Shown: piece by piece, positions 10,039 to 19,045 of the stretch
Numbering within the stretch: position 1 is the first letter of the stretch
Layout of the letters: every line of letters begins with the position of its first letter
IMG/VR virus record: IMGVR_UViG_3300020440_000026
Location: 1-42,595 of that record
Direction: 5' to 3' (one strand)
DNA: 42,595 bases
Source of the DNA: a virus
Taxonomy: Duplodnaviria > Caudoviricetes
The notes under the pieces: generated by a model
What the model was told of the DNA's origin: nothing
Database searches by the model: none
The model's input: the letters and a program-made list of their open reading frames with translations, nothing else
Position numbers and translations under genes: made by a program

Positions 10039-10473
10039 ATGTCTAAGTTCCAACAAGGCACGTACACAGTAATGAATCCTCAGAAATATGCAGGCAAAGG
10101 TGCTCCAAAGTATCGTAGTGGATGGGAGCTTGCATTTATGCGTTTCTGTGATAACAACGATCATATTATTACATGGTCAAGCGAATCTCTTGCAATACCT
10201 TACATTAACCCTCTTACAGGAAAACCTACACGTTATATTCCTGACTTTTTGATACAGTACAGAAACAAAGCAAATCAAGTGGTTACAGAACTTATTGAAA
10301 TAAAACCAAAAAAACAGAGCATACTTGAGAGCAAAGCCACCAACAGAGATAGAGCAGTAGTTGCACTAAATTATGCAAAATGGGCGGCTGCTCAAAAGTG
10401 GTGCAAACGTAATGGACTAACATTTAGAGTTGTGACTGAAGAAGACATATTTCATCAAGGACGCAATCGGTAA
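10039..10473 (+). CDS. gp4: Head completion nuclease (T4 gp4-like, TnsA fold)
   Basis: NPQKYAG, YRSGWE, WSSE, Y.PDF, IEIKP, N.AKW.AA. Confidence 0.92.
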   Translation: MSKFQQGTYTVMNPQKYAGKGAPKYRSGWELAFMRFCDNNDHIITWSSESLAIPYINPLTGKPTRYIPDFLIQYRNKANQVVTELIEIKPKKQSILESKATNRDRAVVALNYAKWAAAQKWCKRNGLTFRVVTEEDIFHQGRNR

Positions 10474-10481
10474 TAAGTATA

Positions 10482-10658
10482 ATGAAGACTTGCGAACTTT
10501 GTAAAACAGAACTTCAGTGTAGTAAAGATAAAGATTGTTGGTGTATGGATATACCTATTGTATACATTGCATCTGAATACCAAGATTGCTTGTGTCCAAC
10601 TTGTTTAAAGGAAGCACATGACAAAGAAACTAGAAGAACTTTTCGATTTGCCCACTGA
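10482..10658 (+). CDS. Small cysteine-rich CWC-family protein (58 aa)
   Basis: Manual translation MKTCELCKTELQCSKDKDCWCMDIP...QDCLCPTCLKE; missed by ORF track. Confidence 0.75.
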   Translation: MKTCELCKTELQCSKDKDCWCMDIPIVYIASEYQDCLCPTCLKEAHDKETRRTFRFAH

Positions 10659-11112
10659 TGAAGGACTACCTGAAGAAGTAGTGCCTGACAATGTGCCAGA
10701 AGCAAAACCTGAAAACAATCCTATAATGAAAAACACTCTCAGTGAACTTGATAAAGTTCAAGCCGCTCTACCTATGGTACGTGGTTTAGAAGCAAGTGAT
10801 ACTGAAATGGATGAACTTGCAGAAAAAGCAGCCAAGGGCTTTGATGATATGATGGATCTTGGTATGAACGTAGACAGTAGATGGGCCAGTGATATCTTTG
10901 GCGTAGCCAGTACCATGCTAGGACATGCAATCACTGCGAAAACTGCAAAACTTAACAAAAAATTAAAGATGGTTGATCTACAACTAAAAAAAGCAACCTT
11001 AGACCAAAGAGCTAACGCTAACAAAGAAGAAACTGTGGATGGAACTGGCGTTATTCTTGATAGGAATGCACTGCTAGATAGGTTGTTGAACAAAGACAAA
11101 GAAGAGAAATGA
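10618..11112 (+). CDS. Probable terminase small subunit (gp16-like)
   Basis: Size, helical pattern (DELA..A...FDDMMDL...IF.VA.TML...LK..DLQ.KK) and C-terminal RNALLDRL resemble gp16; upstream of TerL. Confidence 0.5.
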   Translation: MTKKLEELFDLPTDEGLPEEVVPDNVPEAKPENNPIMKNTLSELDKVQAALPMVRGLEASDTEMDELAEKAAKGFDDMMDLGMNVDSRWASDIFGVASTMLGHAITAKTAKLNKKLKMVDLQLKKATLDQRANANKEETVDGTGVILDRNALLDRLLNKDKEEK

Positions 11113-11124
11113 GCTCTATTCTGC

Positions 11125-11130
11125 TAAATA
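11125..11130 (+). promoter_or_regulatory. Late promoter core TAAATA
   Basis: gcTAAATA upstream of AAGGA RBS. Confidence 0.65.
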
Positions 11131-11150
11131 CTGCATAGAAGGAACATAAG

Positions 11151-11804
11151 ATGAAATCATTTGCACAATACCTTGTAGAAACACGCCAAACATTTGATTA
11201 CAGGATCAAAATACTTGGCGATGTTGATGCAGAACTAATAAATGGATTGGAAGAAAAACTCCAACAGTTTGATGTTGTCAGTATGACAGAACCAAAGAGT
11301 ACTCCAATACAAAAAACCTTACCTGACTTTCCAGATGCTAAAAATGATAGTGTTACATTTATGGATGTGACTTTTAACTATCCAGCAACTCCGCCACAGA
11401 TTACACAGATGGCAGAACTTCTTGGAATGAATCCAAATCATATCATTATACAGACAAAAGAGTATGCTGATAGTGTAGATGAAGAGCGTAAAGGTTATGA
11501 AGAGCAACCTGATCCAGTGCTTGGTACTGAAGAAGGTGAACAACCAGAAAACTCTGAAAGCAAAAAAGCCAGTGAATATTATGCTGCCGATCCACACAAA
11601 AGACAAATAGTAGGCAATGAATATTCAAGTGATTTCACAATAGCAGGTGGTAAAACGCCTCCAGCAAAGTTTACAACAGATACTCCTAATAGTGTAGATA
11701 GCCCTATTATGGGTACTAACAAGATTCCGGTCGTAAAAGCCTCCAATGGTAGTTCGGCTCCGGAGAATCGCAAAGACGGCCCTCCGGGTAAAAACAAAAA
11801 ATAA
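11151..11804 (+). CDS. Putative head-associated protein (MKSFAQYLVE N-terminus)
   Basis: 217-aa ORF behind a late promoter; capsid-targeting-sequence-like N-terminus. Confidence 0.7.
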   Translation: MKSFAQYLVETRQTFDYRIKILGDVDAELINGLEEKLQQFDVVSMTEPKSTPIQKTLPDFPDAKNDSVTFMDVTFNYPATPPQITQMAELLGMNPNHIIIQTKEYADSVDEERKGYEEQPDPVLGTEEGEQPENSESKKASEYYAADPHKRQIVGNEYSSDFTIAGGKTPPAKFTTDTPNSVDSPIMGTNKIPVVKASNGSSAPENRKDGPPGKNKK

Positions 11805-11815
11805 AGGAACCAACA

Positions 11816-13798
11816 ATGGACACTATATACGACACACTAGCAAAACTAAACAAGGTAGCAAATGCACCCGAAATAGTCAAAGAGGATAGTAATGCTCTTA
11901 TGAAAAAAGGTCTTGAGGACCTTATGAAAAAAACAAAGTTTAACAAACAGGCTGACTACAAGCCATTTGGCAAAGGCGACAAAGACTACGAAACAGGACT
12001 GCCAAAAGATGCTAAGAAAGACAAAATGTTTGATGATATGAAGGGTGACATGAAGGCCGCTGATGCAGCCAAAATGAACAAGCAGAAAAACTACACACCA
12101 TTTAGCGACAAACAAAGTCCAGACGGCTTACCAGAGAAGAAAAAAGACACAAAAATGTTTGAAAAAGAGTCAGACGTTGAAAGAGATGATCGTGCAGAAA
12201 AAGCAGGACGTGAAGTAGAGCGTGATGCAAAGTATGATGGTATGAAACATGCTAAGAAGGATGGCAAATCTGTAACCAAAGACATCGAGTATGATGAGAA
12301 GCACGACAAAGATGGTATGCATGAAGCAGAAATGAAAATGGTCAAAGGCCCAGATGGTAAGATGGTTCCTCATTTTGCGGCCGACGGCAAAGGCAAAAAC
12401 GACTTGAAGAAAGAAGAAACAGAAGTTCATGAAAACGCAGGCACACTTAAAGATGCTGCCAGACAAGGCGTACTTGCAAGATTAGCAGAACTAGCCGGCG
12501 TACCAGCACAAGAAATTGAAGAAGCACTTGGTACTCCACAGGACATAGCAAACAAGATAATGTCAGAAACTGATCTTAACGAAAGAATGTCACGTGACGA
12601 ACTTGATATTGATGACGAAGACAATCTAATGAGTGCTGAAGAACTTAAAAAAGAGTTGATCGACGATCTCAATCACTTGTACGACAAAGCCTCTAAAGAT
12701 GATTTCACTGACACAGATCACATCATAGATGAAATGGGCGACTATTTCAATGACATGCATGTAAATGCTGACGATATGACTCTTGAAGTCTATGGAATGG
12801 CTAGAGATTTAGCTGATGCAGACCCAGCAGAGGTTATACAGATGGCTGAAAAAGGTATCAAAGCACTAGGCGGTATGATTGAATCAATTTCAGAAGCCGA
12901 TGTAGAAGAAGGCAACGAATTTTCAGGTGCTAGAGACGATGCAATCAAAGCAGGCAAAGACAGTTTTGAAGTTGATGGTAAAACCTATCCTGTAAAAGGT
13001 GACAAGAAAACAGAAGCCATTGAAGAAGCAGAACACGATGGCATGCCATCTATGAAAGAAATGAAAGCCTGTGTTGACAAAGGCATGACAGAAGCTGAAA
13101 TTTGTGAAAAGTACAGTGACTGCGACCAGAAAAAAATTAAACTAATGGCTTCAAAGTGCAGCAAAATGAATGAAGGCACTGGAAGTAAAGTATGTGATCA
13201 ATGCGAAGACGGCAAAGACGAAGACGGTAAAGAGTGTTCTGAGTGCGGCGGAACTGGATATTCAGATCTTGCTGAAGAATCAGAAGAAAAAGTAGAAGAA
13301 ACCACTTCAGCAGGTTCAGTTGCTACAAGCGAAGGTCCAGACAAGACAGCATTTCCAAATGCAAGCATATATGAAAAATACGAAGGCAACGAAATTGCTC
13401 AACGTGCATTCCAGATCAACGAAGACATGAACATAACTGTAAGTGCAGGAAGTGAACAGGAACCATCAATTAACATATCTGCTCAAGGAGAAGAAGCAGC
13501 CAAACTAGCTCAACTCTTAAAACTAGCAGGAATGGGCATGGCACAACCGGGATACGGTGAAGTGCAAGTTGATGTAGCAGAAGATCAAGAATTTGCAAAC
13601 GGTGCTGATGCCACAGAAACAAAAGATGCAGAGTACATGACACAGGACATTGCTGGCGGACTTAACGGACCAAAGAAGATGGCATATCCTAAAGTTGCTG
13701 GGGCAGACAATCCAATGTCAGTGCTAGGTGAATCTGAGCTCAATGAAGTCAGCGAAGATCATCTAATGAAACTATATCAAGAGTATAAGGCAAAGTAA
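11816..13798 (+). CDS. Large acidic low-complexity protein; putative internal head/core polyprotein
   Basis: 660 aa, D/E/K-rich, many hydrophobic-X-E sites, internal repeats, one CxxC...CxxCGGTG motif. Confidence 0.7.
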   Translation: MDTIYDTLAKLNKVANAPEIVKEDSNALMKKGLEDLMKKTKFNKQADYKPFGKGDKDYETGLPKDAKKDKMFDDMKGDMKAADAAKMNKQKNYTPFSDKQSPDGLPEKKKDTKMFEKESDVERDDRAEKAGREVERDAKYDGMKHAKKDGKSVTKDIEYDEKHDKDGMHEAEMKMVKGPDGKMVPHFAADGKGKNDLKKEETEVHENAGTLKDAARQGVLARLAELAGVPAQEIEEALGTPQDIANKIMSETDLNERMSRDELDIDDEDNLMSAEELKKELIDDLNHLYDKASKDDFTDTDHIIDEMGDYFNDMHVNADDMTLEVYGMARDLADADPAEVIQMAEKGIKALGGMIESISEADVEEGNEFSGARDDAIKAGKDSFEVDGKTYPVKGDKKTEAIEEAEHDGMPSMKEMKACVDKGMTEAEICEKYSDCDQKKIKLMASKCSKMNEGTGSKVCDQCEDGKDEDGKECSECGGTGYSDLAEESEEKVEETTSAGSVATSEGPDKTAFPNASIYEKYEGNEIAQRAFQINEDMNITVSAGSEQEPSINISAQGEEAAKLAQLLKLAGMGMAQPGYGEVQVDVAEDQEFANGADATETKDAEYMTQDIAGGLNGPKKMAYPKVAGADNPMSVLGESELNEVSEDHLMKLYQEYKAK

Positions 13799-14970
13799 TG
13801 AGTTTAAAAAAGTACATACCAGAAAGCGAAAGAGCAGTTGCATTTCCTATCACAGGTGATGTGCTTGAAGTTGTTGTTAGAGAAGACTTCGACGACGAGA
13901 TTGCTATAGACTTTCCAGTTGTAGAACACACAGACGATAGTATTACATTACATCTAGATGAATATGCTTATGGCATACTAGAAGACTGTAACTATGTAGG
14001 CGATGACACAGACGGTGTGATCGATCCACCTTCAGAAGAACTTGATGAAGCAATGCATCAAAAGTGTTGTTGTAAGTACTGTGGAGATGAGTTATACAAA
14101 CCAACCACAGACTGTCCATACGATTCACAAGATCCAGATGGTGAAAACTGGGTGATGATTGATGTTGACGGCGATGGCGATGCGGATGCTGCCATCAGTA
14201 ACGAAGGCTATAGATCAATCACAACCGAAGGCACACTTTTAGAACGCATCAAAGATGGTAAAATATACTGCCCTGATGCGTGTTGTGGTGTTAAAGTTAT
14301 GGACTGCACATGTGGTGCAAAGTGTCCACATTGCAACTGTAAACAAATACAAAAACTTGCTGGCGACATAAAAATGTTTGAAGAGCAAGCCGATCTTTAC
14401 AAGCGTATGGGCATACCATCAAGTGCTGAATATTACACACGCAAACTTACTGAAGCAGTAGAACAAACTGAAAAACTCATTGAAGATGTTGAAGATGTTG
14501 AAGCTATGATCACACGCAGGATTATGAATCATCCTGAATTTTCAGACATGGTTAGACAATATGGCATTGAGCAAATTACACAGGCAATTAGAGATACTGC
14601 TGAATTCCATGGCGACGATGACGATGAGATTGGATCAAGCGATATCAGTGCAATGGTCAATGATACTATTAGAAGTTTAAAGCGTGTAGTTGAAGCAGAT
14701 ATAGCAGAAGCAGAATATCAAGGACGTAAAGTTGAACTTAATAAGCCTATGCAAGGTGATGTGAAAAAGTTCAAGGTTTATGTAAAAGATCCAAAAACAG
14801 GAAACGTGAAAAAAGTAAACTTTGGTCATGGTGGAACCAGTGCCAAAGGTAAATCAATGCGTATTAGAAAAAACAATCCTAAAGCACGTAAGAGTTTTAG
14901 AGCTAGACACAACTGCGATAATCCAGGACCAAAGACAAAAGCACGTTATTGGTCATGTCGCAAGTGGTAA
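13798..14970 (+). CDS. Modular protein with Cys-rich inserts and basic C-terminal domain (..VKKVNFG..FRARHNC..ARYWSC..W)
   Basis: 390-aa ORF; C-terminal domain recognised as a recurrent unknown-function domain of large phages. Confidence 0.7.
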   Translation: MSLKKYIPESERAVAFPITGDVLEVVVREDFDDEIAIDFPVVEHTDDSITLHLDEYAYGILEDCNYVGDDTDGVIDPPSEELDEAMHQKCCCKYCGDELYKPTTDCPYDSQDPDGENWVMIDVDGDGDADAAISNEGYRSITTEGTLLERIKDGKIYCPDACCGVKVMDCTCGAKCPHCNCKQIQKLAGDIKMFEEQADLYKRMGIPSSAEYYTRKLTEAVEQTEKLIEDVEDVEAMITRRIMNHPEFSDMVRQYGIEQITQAIRDTAEFHGDDDDEIGSSDISAMVNDTIRSLKRVVEADIAEAEYQGRKVELNKPMQGDVKKFKVYVKDPKTGNVKKVNFGHGGTSAKGKSMRIRKNNPKARKSFRARHNCDNPGPKTKARYWSCRKW

Positions 14971-14986
14971 AAAAGGAAAGTAAACA

Positions 14987-15292
14987 ATGGCAATTACAGT
15001 ATACTCAGGTGCAATAGCAAACACTGTCTGGAACACAGACAAAGCATCAATATCAACAGGCACTAATAGTGTTACTGCACAAGTAAGATTATCAGGCAAA
15101 CCGGCTGCAAACGCTAGTTTATTTTTATATAACGACGGTAATCAAGCGAACAGTGTACCAATTATAATATCAGCAAATAGCAAACGTGACATTTGGGTAG
15201 GTGTTGGTAATCAACTTACAATATTAGGTGGCAATGGAACTGCTGCGGAAATTGGTGCCGCCTCAAGCGGTAATGCAGGTGTTATGGACTAA
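14987..15292 (+). CDS. Small Gly/Ala/Asn-rich hypothetical protein (possibly virion)
   Basis: AAGGA RBS, beta-rich composition. Confidence 0.7.
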   Translation: MAITVYSGAIANTVWNTDKASISTGTNSVTAQVRLSGKPAANASLFLYNDGNQANSVPIIISANSKRDIWVGVGNQLTILGGNGTAAEIGAASSGNAGVMD

Positions 15293-15663
15293 TGCGTGCT
15301 ACTGAATTCATCACAGAACGCAAAGGAACCAGTCTAAAACAAGGCAAAATGCCACACACTGTTGAAAAAGCCTCTCCTGGAAGTTTAAAAAACAACGGAT
15401 ACTACGATCTATATCGTGCGAGTCTCGCAATGGCTTCTATGGACAAAGACGGAAATGCTGAGCATGAAATGGACAATGCCTCGTGGTTGGCTGGTGATGG
15501 CTATGTAGGAACCTACACAGACGAAGAAGAAAAACTAGCTCAGAACGCTTTCAAATCAATCGGATTGACTGCTAAAAGGCGTCATGCTGAAAAAGGCAGC
15601 AGTGAACTGCCTGCTATCAATACTAAATCACCAATTGTGGCTTTCAAAGGATACCCAAGATAA
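15292..15663 (+). CDS. Putative internal head protein (MRATEFITE N-terminus)
   Basis: TAATG coupling; N-terminus nearly identical to that of the 2422 ORF. Confidence 0.7.
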   Translation: MRATEFITERKGTSLKQGKMPHTVEKASPGSLKNNGYYDLYRASLAMASMDKDGNAEHEMDNASWLAGDGYVGTYTDEEEKLAQNAFKSIGLTAKRRHAEKGSSELPAINTKSPIVAFKGYPR

Positions 15664-16103
15664 TGTACGAGTATCGTGCCACCATAGTCAAGGTAATAGA
15701 TGGTGACACTGTTGATGTTGACATTGATTTAGGCTTCAATGTAGTCCTACAAGATGAACGTGTACGCATAGCAGGTATTGATACTCCAGAATCAAGAACA
15801 AGAGACAAAGAAGAAAAAAAGTTTGGACTTGCTGCCAAAGCAAGAGTAAAACAACTACTTGGTAAAACCTGCGTTCTCAAAACACAAATCAACAAAAACG
15901 GCGAAGATATGAAAGGCAAGTTTGGACGCATCTTAGGTGACTTTAACGTTTATGATAGTGCTAAAGATAGTTGGACATTACTTACAAAGATCTTAATAAG
16001 TGAAGGACATGCAGTTCCATATCATGGACAGAACAAAGACGACGTACAAAAAGCACACCTAGCCAATCGAGTTAAGTTACTTGAAGATGGCGTGGTAACA
16101 TGA
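15663..16103 (+). CDS. Staphylococcal-nuclease (thermonuclease)-like protein
   Basis: VKVIDGDTVDV, VRIAGIDTPE, GKFGRILG motifs. Confidence 0.88.
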   Translation: MYEYRATIVKVIDGDTVDVDIDLGFNVVLQDERVRIAGIDTPESRTRDKEEKKFGLAAKARVKQLLGKTCVLKTQINKNGEDMKGKFGRILGDFNVYDSAKDSWTLLTKILISEGHAVPYHGQNKDDVQKAHLANRVKLLEDGVVT

Positions 16104-16237
16104 TTACAGGCATTAACTTTGGAGGGTTAAGTACTCCACCGCCAAAACCAAAACCACTTACTGCACCATTGCCAGCAGAATACAAACAACCTTTATTAAA
16201 CACAACAATAAAAAACCCTGTTCCTAAGCCTCAATAA
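16100..16237 (+). CDS. Small proline-rich protein (45 aa, MITGINFGGLSTPPPKPKP...)
   Basis: ATGA overlap with the nuclease stop; fills the gap exactly to the next promoter. Confidence 0.5.
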   Translation: MITGINFGGLSTPPPKPKPLTAPLPAEYKQPLLNTTIKNPVPKPQ

Positions 16238-16245
16238 GTAGTTGT

Positions 16246-17448
16246 ATGAATACAACAAAAAAATATTGTGCGGCTCCGTGGCGTAGTCTACATTTAAACT
16301 TTGAAGGACAGGTAAAAACCTGTTGTGCAGGTAATCCAAACATACTTGGAAATCATAGCAGTGGATCTATTGAATCAATACTTAATAGCGATAAGCTAAA
16401 AGAAATTAAAAAATCTATTCGCAATGGAGTTCTTCATGAAAAATATTGTGAAAATTGTATTAGAAGAGAAAATATCACTGGCGAAAGCGAAAGACAATGG
16501 CACAACAGTGTAAGTGGCGATTTTGATGTTGCAAATGCAGAGATTGATGGTCATCAACCAGATTTGATAGATGTACGCTGGAACAATACCTGTAATTTAG
16601 CCTGCAACTATTGTAGTTCATATTTCAGCACCAAATGGGCAAGCATAGTTGGTAAACGTTTTAATCAAACCATAAACAGTCAATATCAACAAGTTATTGA
16701 CTACATAGAAAAAAACCGCAATACTGTTAAAGAAGTTGCAATGGTAGGTGGCGAGCCGTTATTAATGAAGGAAAATGATAAACTGTTAGATATACTGCCT
16801 AATGATGTTTTAGTAACTGTGATCACAAATATGACCGCAGACTTTGAACAATTTCCAGTACCTCAAAAACTGCTTAAACGAAGCAGAGTTGGATGGAGCA
16901 TGAGTTTTGATAATATTGGAGAAAGATTTGAATACGTAAGATGGGGAAGTTCGTGGGCTAGATTAGACAAGAATGTATCAACAGTATCAAATAAAATTGC
17001 AACATCGTCTCATAATGGCGGAATACATGCGGTATACAATATTTACAATTGTACAAAGGTTTGCGAGCTTAAAGATTATGCACTAAAACACGGACTATCA
17101 ATTACATGGCAAGTTGTGTACGGTGATCAGCTAGATCCAAGTCAGCATAACAAAGAGATAAGACAACTTGCCATTGATGAAATACAAAGATGTAAAAACA
17201 AATACAAGGATGCATATATGTCATCATACACAGGAGAACTTAACTTTTTATCTTCAATTGAAGAACAACTTATCAAAGGTAATACAGGTGAAGCAACTAC
17301 ACATGGTATTAAAAAACCTATGTCACCTGATAATATTACACGAAGCAAAGAGTTTATAGAATTTACACAAAAAATAGAAAATGAATGGCATCCTGATCAA
17401 AAAGGACAGTTTGAAAAACTGTGGCCAGAGATTGCTCGAGCACTATAA
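16246..17448 (+). CDS. Radical SAM protein with N-terminal SPASM/twitch-like domain
   Basis: CAAPW..KTCC N-terminal domain; NTCNLACNYC; GGEPL. Confidence 0.9.
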   Translation: MNTTKKYCAAPWRSLHLNFEGQVKTCCAGNPNILGNHSSGSIESILNSDKLKEIKKSIRNGVLHEKYCENCIRRENITGESERQWHNSVSGDFDVANAEIDGHQPDLIDVRWNNTCNLACNYCSSYFSTKWASIVGKRFNQTINSQYQQVIDYIEKNRNTVKEVAMVGGEPLLMKENDKLLDILPNDVLVTVITNMTADFEQFPVPQKLLKRSRVGWSMSFDNIGERFEYVRWGSSWARLDKNVSTVSNKIATSSHNGGIHAVYNIYNCTKVCELKDYALKHGLSITWQVVYGDQLDPSQHNKEIRQLAIDEIQRCKNKYKDAYMSSYTGELNFLSSIEEQLIKGNTGEATTHGIKKPMSPDNITRSKEFIEFTQKIENEWHPDQKGQFEKLWPEIARAL

Positions 17449-17456
17449 GTAATAGC

Positions 17457-19034
17457 ATGGTAGCAAGACAAGAAGATGGAGTCCTAGTTAAAACTCCATA
17501 CAAAAAACAAGAATTTACAGAAAAGCAACTCGATGACTTTATGCGTTGTGCTGATCCTGATACTGGTCCACAGTATTTTATGCGTAATTTCTTCTTTATA
17601 CAACATCCTGTACAAGGAAAGTTGCAATACAATCCCTGGGACTTTCAACAAAAACTTATATATACATATCATAACTATAGATTTAGCATATCAATGATGC
17701 CAAGGCAAACCGGCAAGTCAACCAGTGCAGCTGGATATCTATTATGGTATGCAATGTTTAAACCTGATAGTACAATACTGGTTGCGGCACACAAGTATGC
17801 AGGTGCTCAAGAGATTATGCAACGTGTGAGATACAGTTACGAAGCATGTCCAGATCATATACGTGCAGGTGTTACCAGTTACAACAAAGGTTCAATAGAA
17901 TTTGACAACGGTTCAAGAATAGTAGCACAAACCACAACTGAAAACACAGGACGTGGTATGAGTATAACCTTGTTGTATTGTGATGAGTTTGCATTTGTGA
18001 GACCAACCATAGCAAGAGAATTTTGGACCTCAATTTCACCTACACTATCCACAGGTGGTGGTGCAATTATTACAAGTACTCCAAACAGTGATGAGGATCA
18101 GTTTGCGTTTATATGGAAGGGTGCAAACAAAACTGAAGATGAGTTTGGCAATCAAAAAGAACTTGGCATAAATGGATTCAAAGCATTTAGGGCCTACTGG
18201 AGAGAACATCCTGATAGAGACGATGAATGGGCAGAAGAGCAACGTAACATACTAGGCATCGAACGTTTCCGACGCGAAATGGACTGTGAGTTTATTATAT
18301 CAGATGAAACACTGATTTCTCCAACCACACTTATTGATCTTGAAGGAGTTGCTGAACCATTATACAAAACAGGACAGGTACGCTGGTACAAACGTCCACA
18401 GAAAGGTCGAATCTATGTTGTTGCACTTGATCCAAGTTTAGGAACTGGAGGAGATCCAAGTGCAATACAGGTGTTCGAAGCAAATACCACAGAACAAGTA
18501 GCAGAATGGCGACATAACAAAACTCCTATCACAGATCAAATACGTATTTTAGTTGAGATTGTAAAACACATCAATGATACAGTTCAAGATCCGCAGAGTG
18601 TGTACTATAGTGTGGAAAATAATAGCATAGGCGAAGCTGCCTTATTGTGTATAGAACAGTATGGTGAACAAAACATTGAAGGATATTTTCTAAGCGATAA
18701 CACTGTGGTAAGTGCTAGTGGTAGAAGATATCGCAAAGGATTCAATACAACCAATCGTAGTAAAATTGCTGCCTGTGCAAAATTAAAAACAGTGATTGAG
18801 TCAAACAAAATGACCATCAGTTCACCTAGTTTGATCGGAGAACTTAAAAACTTTGTAGCTCACGGAACCAGTTACGCTGGCAAGCCTGGTGAAACAGACG
18901 ATCTTGTAATGGCCTGTTTGCTTGCAGTGCGTATGCTTCAAGTGTTAACAAGCTATCATAAAGAATTAGACACGCATCTTACAGATTTCAACGAAGAGGC
19001 CTTAGAACCTATGCCGTTTGTGGCAATGTTTTAA
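17457..19034 (+). CDS. gp17: Terminase large subunit (gp17-like)
   Basis: PRQTGKST Walker A, LLYCDEFAF Walker B, ITSTPN, ALDPSLGTGGD, DDLVMA; start refined to 17457. Confidence 0.96.
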   Translation: MVARQEDGVLVKTPYKKQEFTEKQLDDFMRCADPDTGPQYFMRNFFFIQHPVQGKLQYNPWDFQQKLIYTYHNYRFSISMMPRQTGKSTSAAGYLLWYAMFKPDSTILVAAHKYAGAQEIMQRVRYSYEACPDHIRAGVTSYNKGSIEFDNGSRIVAQTTTENTGRGMSITLLYCDEFAFVRPTIAREFWTSISPTLSTGGGAIITSTPNSDEDQFAFIWKGANKTEDEFGNQKELGINGFKAFRAYWREHPDRDDEWAEEQRNILGIERFRREMDCEFIISDETLISPTTLIDLEGVAEPLYKTGQVRWYKRPQKGRIYVVALDPSLGTGGDPSAIQVFEANTTEQVAEWRHNKTPITDQIRILVEIVKHINDTVQDPQSVYYSVENNSIGEAALLCIEQYGEQNIEGYFLSDNTVVSASGRRYRKGFNTTNRSKIAACAKLKTVIESNKMTISSPSLIGELKNFVAHGTSYAGKPGETDDLVMACLLAVRMLQVLTSYHKELDTHLTDFNEEALEPMPFVAMF

Positions 19035-19045
19035 TAAATACGTAC

